Origin: Paecilomyces variotii
Taxonomy: Eukaryota
Length of the DNA stretch: 64,000 nucleotides
Assembly: GCA_004022145.1 (NCBI GenBank)
Contig: RCNU01000007.1
Reading direction: 5' to 3' (one strand)
Shown here: in pieces, positions 62,404 through 64,000 of the stretch
Numbering within the stretch: the stretch's first letter is position 1
Layout of the letters: every line of letters starts with the position of its first letter
Position numbers and translations under genes: made by a program
Notes under the pieces: generated by a model
Databases searched by the model: none
What the model was told of the DNA's origin: nothing
Seen by the model: the letters and a program-made list of their open reading frames with translations, nothing else

Positions 62404-64000
62404 TCACCACTGGCCGGCATAGTGCTGTGGATTATCGTAGCCTTGGCCGCCACGCCCTCTTCGGCCGCGACCGCCGCGACCACCACGACCACCGCGACCG
62501 CGACCTCTACCTCCCCGTCTACCGAAGGAGTCGTCACGGCCGTAGCCACGGTTGTTGTGGTGGCGGTTCGAGGTATCCGGGGCAGGACCGGCTGCCATAC
62601 GGGCGTCCCGTTCCTCCTCCGTCAAATAGAACTTGTTCTCGATACCAAGCATCTCGCAGAACTCGGCTGTCTGTGGATTGTTGTACTCATGGGGCTGTTC
62701 AGAAGTGATCACTGGGATAGCCGGATCATAGAAGGGGGCGGTGGGGACAAAGTTCTCTGGTATGACAAGCTTTCCCTTCTGAACAATGTTTTCTTCCACC
62801 CACTTTTCTGCCTCAATAATCTGATCTTTATAGAAGAGATCACCCTTGTTCGGAGGGATCCCAGCGTAACGATCACCCACGCGTAGATCATCTGCGAAGA
62901 CGCGGGTGATTGCGAGCCATTCCTTGTCATAGTGCAGGCGGAAGGGGCGCTCCTCCTGAACGCCATCCTGCTCCGAAACAGGGTAGAACTCCGTAAGCTG
63001 CAGGAACTCCTGGTTTGGCTCACACTTTCCAAGGGCCAAGAAACGCGTCTCCTTGTTCGTGATGGCCTCTGGGAAAGGTCCATTCAGTGGAGGCTGAGGC
63101 TGCTGAGGACGAGCGAAGCTGGCGGGTAGCTGACGGCGAAGGTCTTCAGAAACCTCATCAACTCCATCAACTTGCTGGATCTGGCCTTGTCCAGGAGCTT
63201 GAACATCAAGGGGAGGCCCACTGTTTTCGGGAGTACCAAGGTCATCGGACATTTTGACATCTTTCTTTTCTTCAGCTTCTGCCGAGCCAGGCTTTCCTGC
63301 ATCGGAAAGATCGTCAAGATCAAGATCGATCTCATCAGAGTTCTTGACAGTGGAGGCTTCAGCTACAGTGTTTTCATCCTTGTTGGCACTTTCATCATTT
63401 TCATAGCCTGTCTTCTCGATCCCAAGTATCTTCCTGTCGCCGGATTCTTCGTCAGGGTTAACTTTACGCCAGGTCTGCTGATAGTTCACCTCTGTGGAGT
63501 GAAGAGGAACACCAGCATCTCGCTCTGTGCGTTGACGCTCAATGAAGTGAGCGTTTGCTTCAGCGTCAGTCTTGGCAGCGACAGCGTGGAAGTTGTTCCA
63601 AGCAGAGAGCTGTGCTTTCTCAGAGTGCGGTTTGCCAATGTCTCTGACTGGTTCAGCAGCATGTGCAGGGCGTTCGATACTAGCTGCATGCTGAAGAGCT
63701 GCCTGAGCATTCTTAGCATCGGCAGTAGTATAGCCAGGAGCTATATCATCATGCTGGACAAGTGCTGCAAACTTGACGTGCAAATGCGCTGAGAACCAAT
63801 ACGCTGGACGTAGACGTTCGAGAACTTCCTTGGCAGCATCGCTGCCGAGTTTCCCGCTGATAGAGTCCTCACGGAGAAATGGCTTTCTGCGGAAGAGCGC
63901 TTGATGATCCCCTGAATATTCGACTCTCTTTGGCCAATCGTGGGAGAGCCCCAAGTCGACTTGAGAGCGGATTTGGAGAAGCTTCCGCACGTCCAGTTCT
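62404..64000 (-). CDS. DBR1: RNA lariat debranching enzyme Dbr1 (3' part; 5' end outside the window)
   Basis: LSHDWP, LRPAYWFSAHLH, TRFLAL.KC, LHYDKEWLAITR and NPQTAEFC. C-terminal RGG tract. Confidence 0.92.
   Translation of the reverse strand, partial: ELDVRKLLQIRSQVDLGLSHDWPKRVEYSGDHQALFRRKPFLREDSISGKLGSDAAKEVLERLRPAYWFSAHLHVKFAALVQHDDIAPGYTTADAKNAQAALQHAASIERPAHAAEPVRDIGKPHSEKAQLSAWNNFHAVAAKTDAEANAHFIERQRTERDAGVPLHSTEVNYQQTWRKVNPDEESGDRKILGIEKTGYENDESANKDENTVAEASTVKNSDEIDLDLDDLSDAGKPGSAEAEEKKDVKMSDDLGTPENSGPPLDVQAPGQGQIQQVDGVDEVSEDLRRQLPASFARPQQPQPPLNGPFPEAITNKETRFLALGKCEPNQEFLQLTEFYPVSEQDGVQEERPFRLHYDKEWLAITRVFADDLRVGDRYAGIPPNKGDLFYKDQIIEAEKWVEENIVQKGKLVIPENFVPTAPFYDPAIPVITSEQPHEYNNPQTAEFCEMLGIENKFYLTEEERDARMAAGPAPDTSNRHHNNRGYGRDDSFGRRGGRGRGRGGRGGRGGRGRRGRGGQGYDNPQHYAGQW

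Overview
Gene-dense chromosomal segment of a filamentous ascomycete, probably Eurotiales (Aspergillus/Paecilomyces-like). This assignment is inferred from short GT-AG introns with CTRAC branch sites and from the protein families present. It holds 15 protein-coding genes, mostly housekeeping: a transglutaminase-like peptidase, Spg1/Tem1 GTPase, Rrb1, an AmdX-like C2H2 transcription factor, Utp8, Elg1, Mvp1, Nha1, SepK/Cdc11/Nud1, an uncharacterised low-complexity protein, Vps11, an AT-hook protein, a CBM18-CE4 chitin deacetylase, Rtp1 and the 3' part of Dbr1. No intact transposon or secondary-metabolite cluster was seen. The most striking element is invisible in the ORF track: an ~140-nt minus-strand unit at 51070-51210 with a full RNA polymerase III signal set (TATA, A box, B box, T-run terminator) and a long closing stem. 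It is not a tRNA, so it is a candidate uncharacterised tRNA-like/vault-like ncRNA. Other points are a hidden first exon giving Elg1 a canonical PIP box, a GC-AG intron in RTP1, a triple tandem acceptor in the Spg1 switch I region, a CreA-site cluster and complex leader upstream of amdX, and a four-hairpin intergenic array. Exon boundaries were derived by eye and family calls come from recognised motifs, not database searches.
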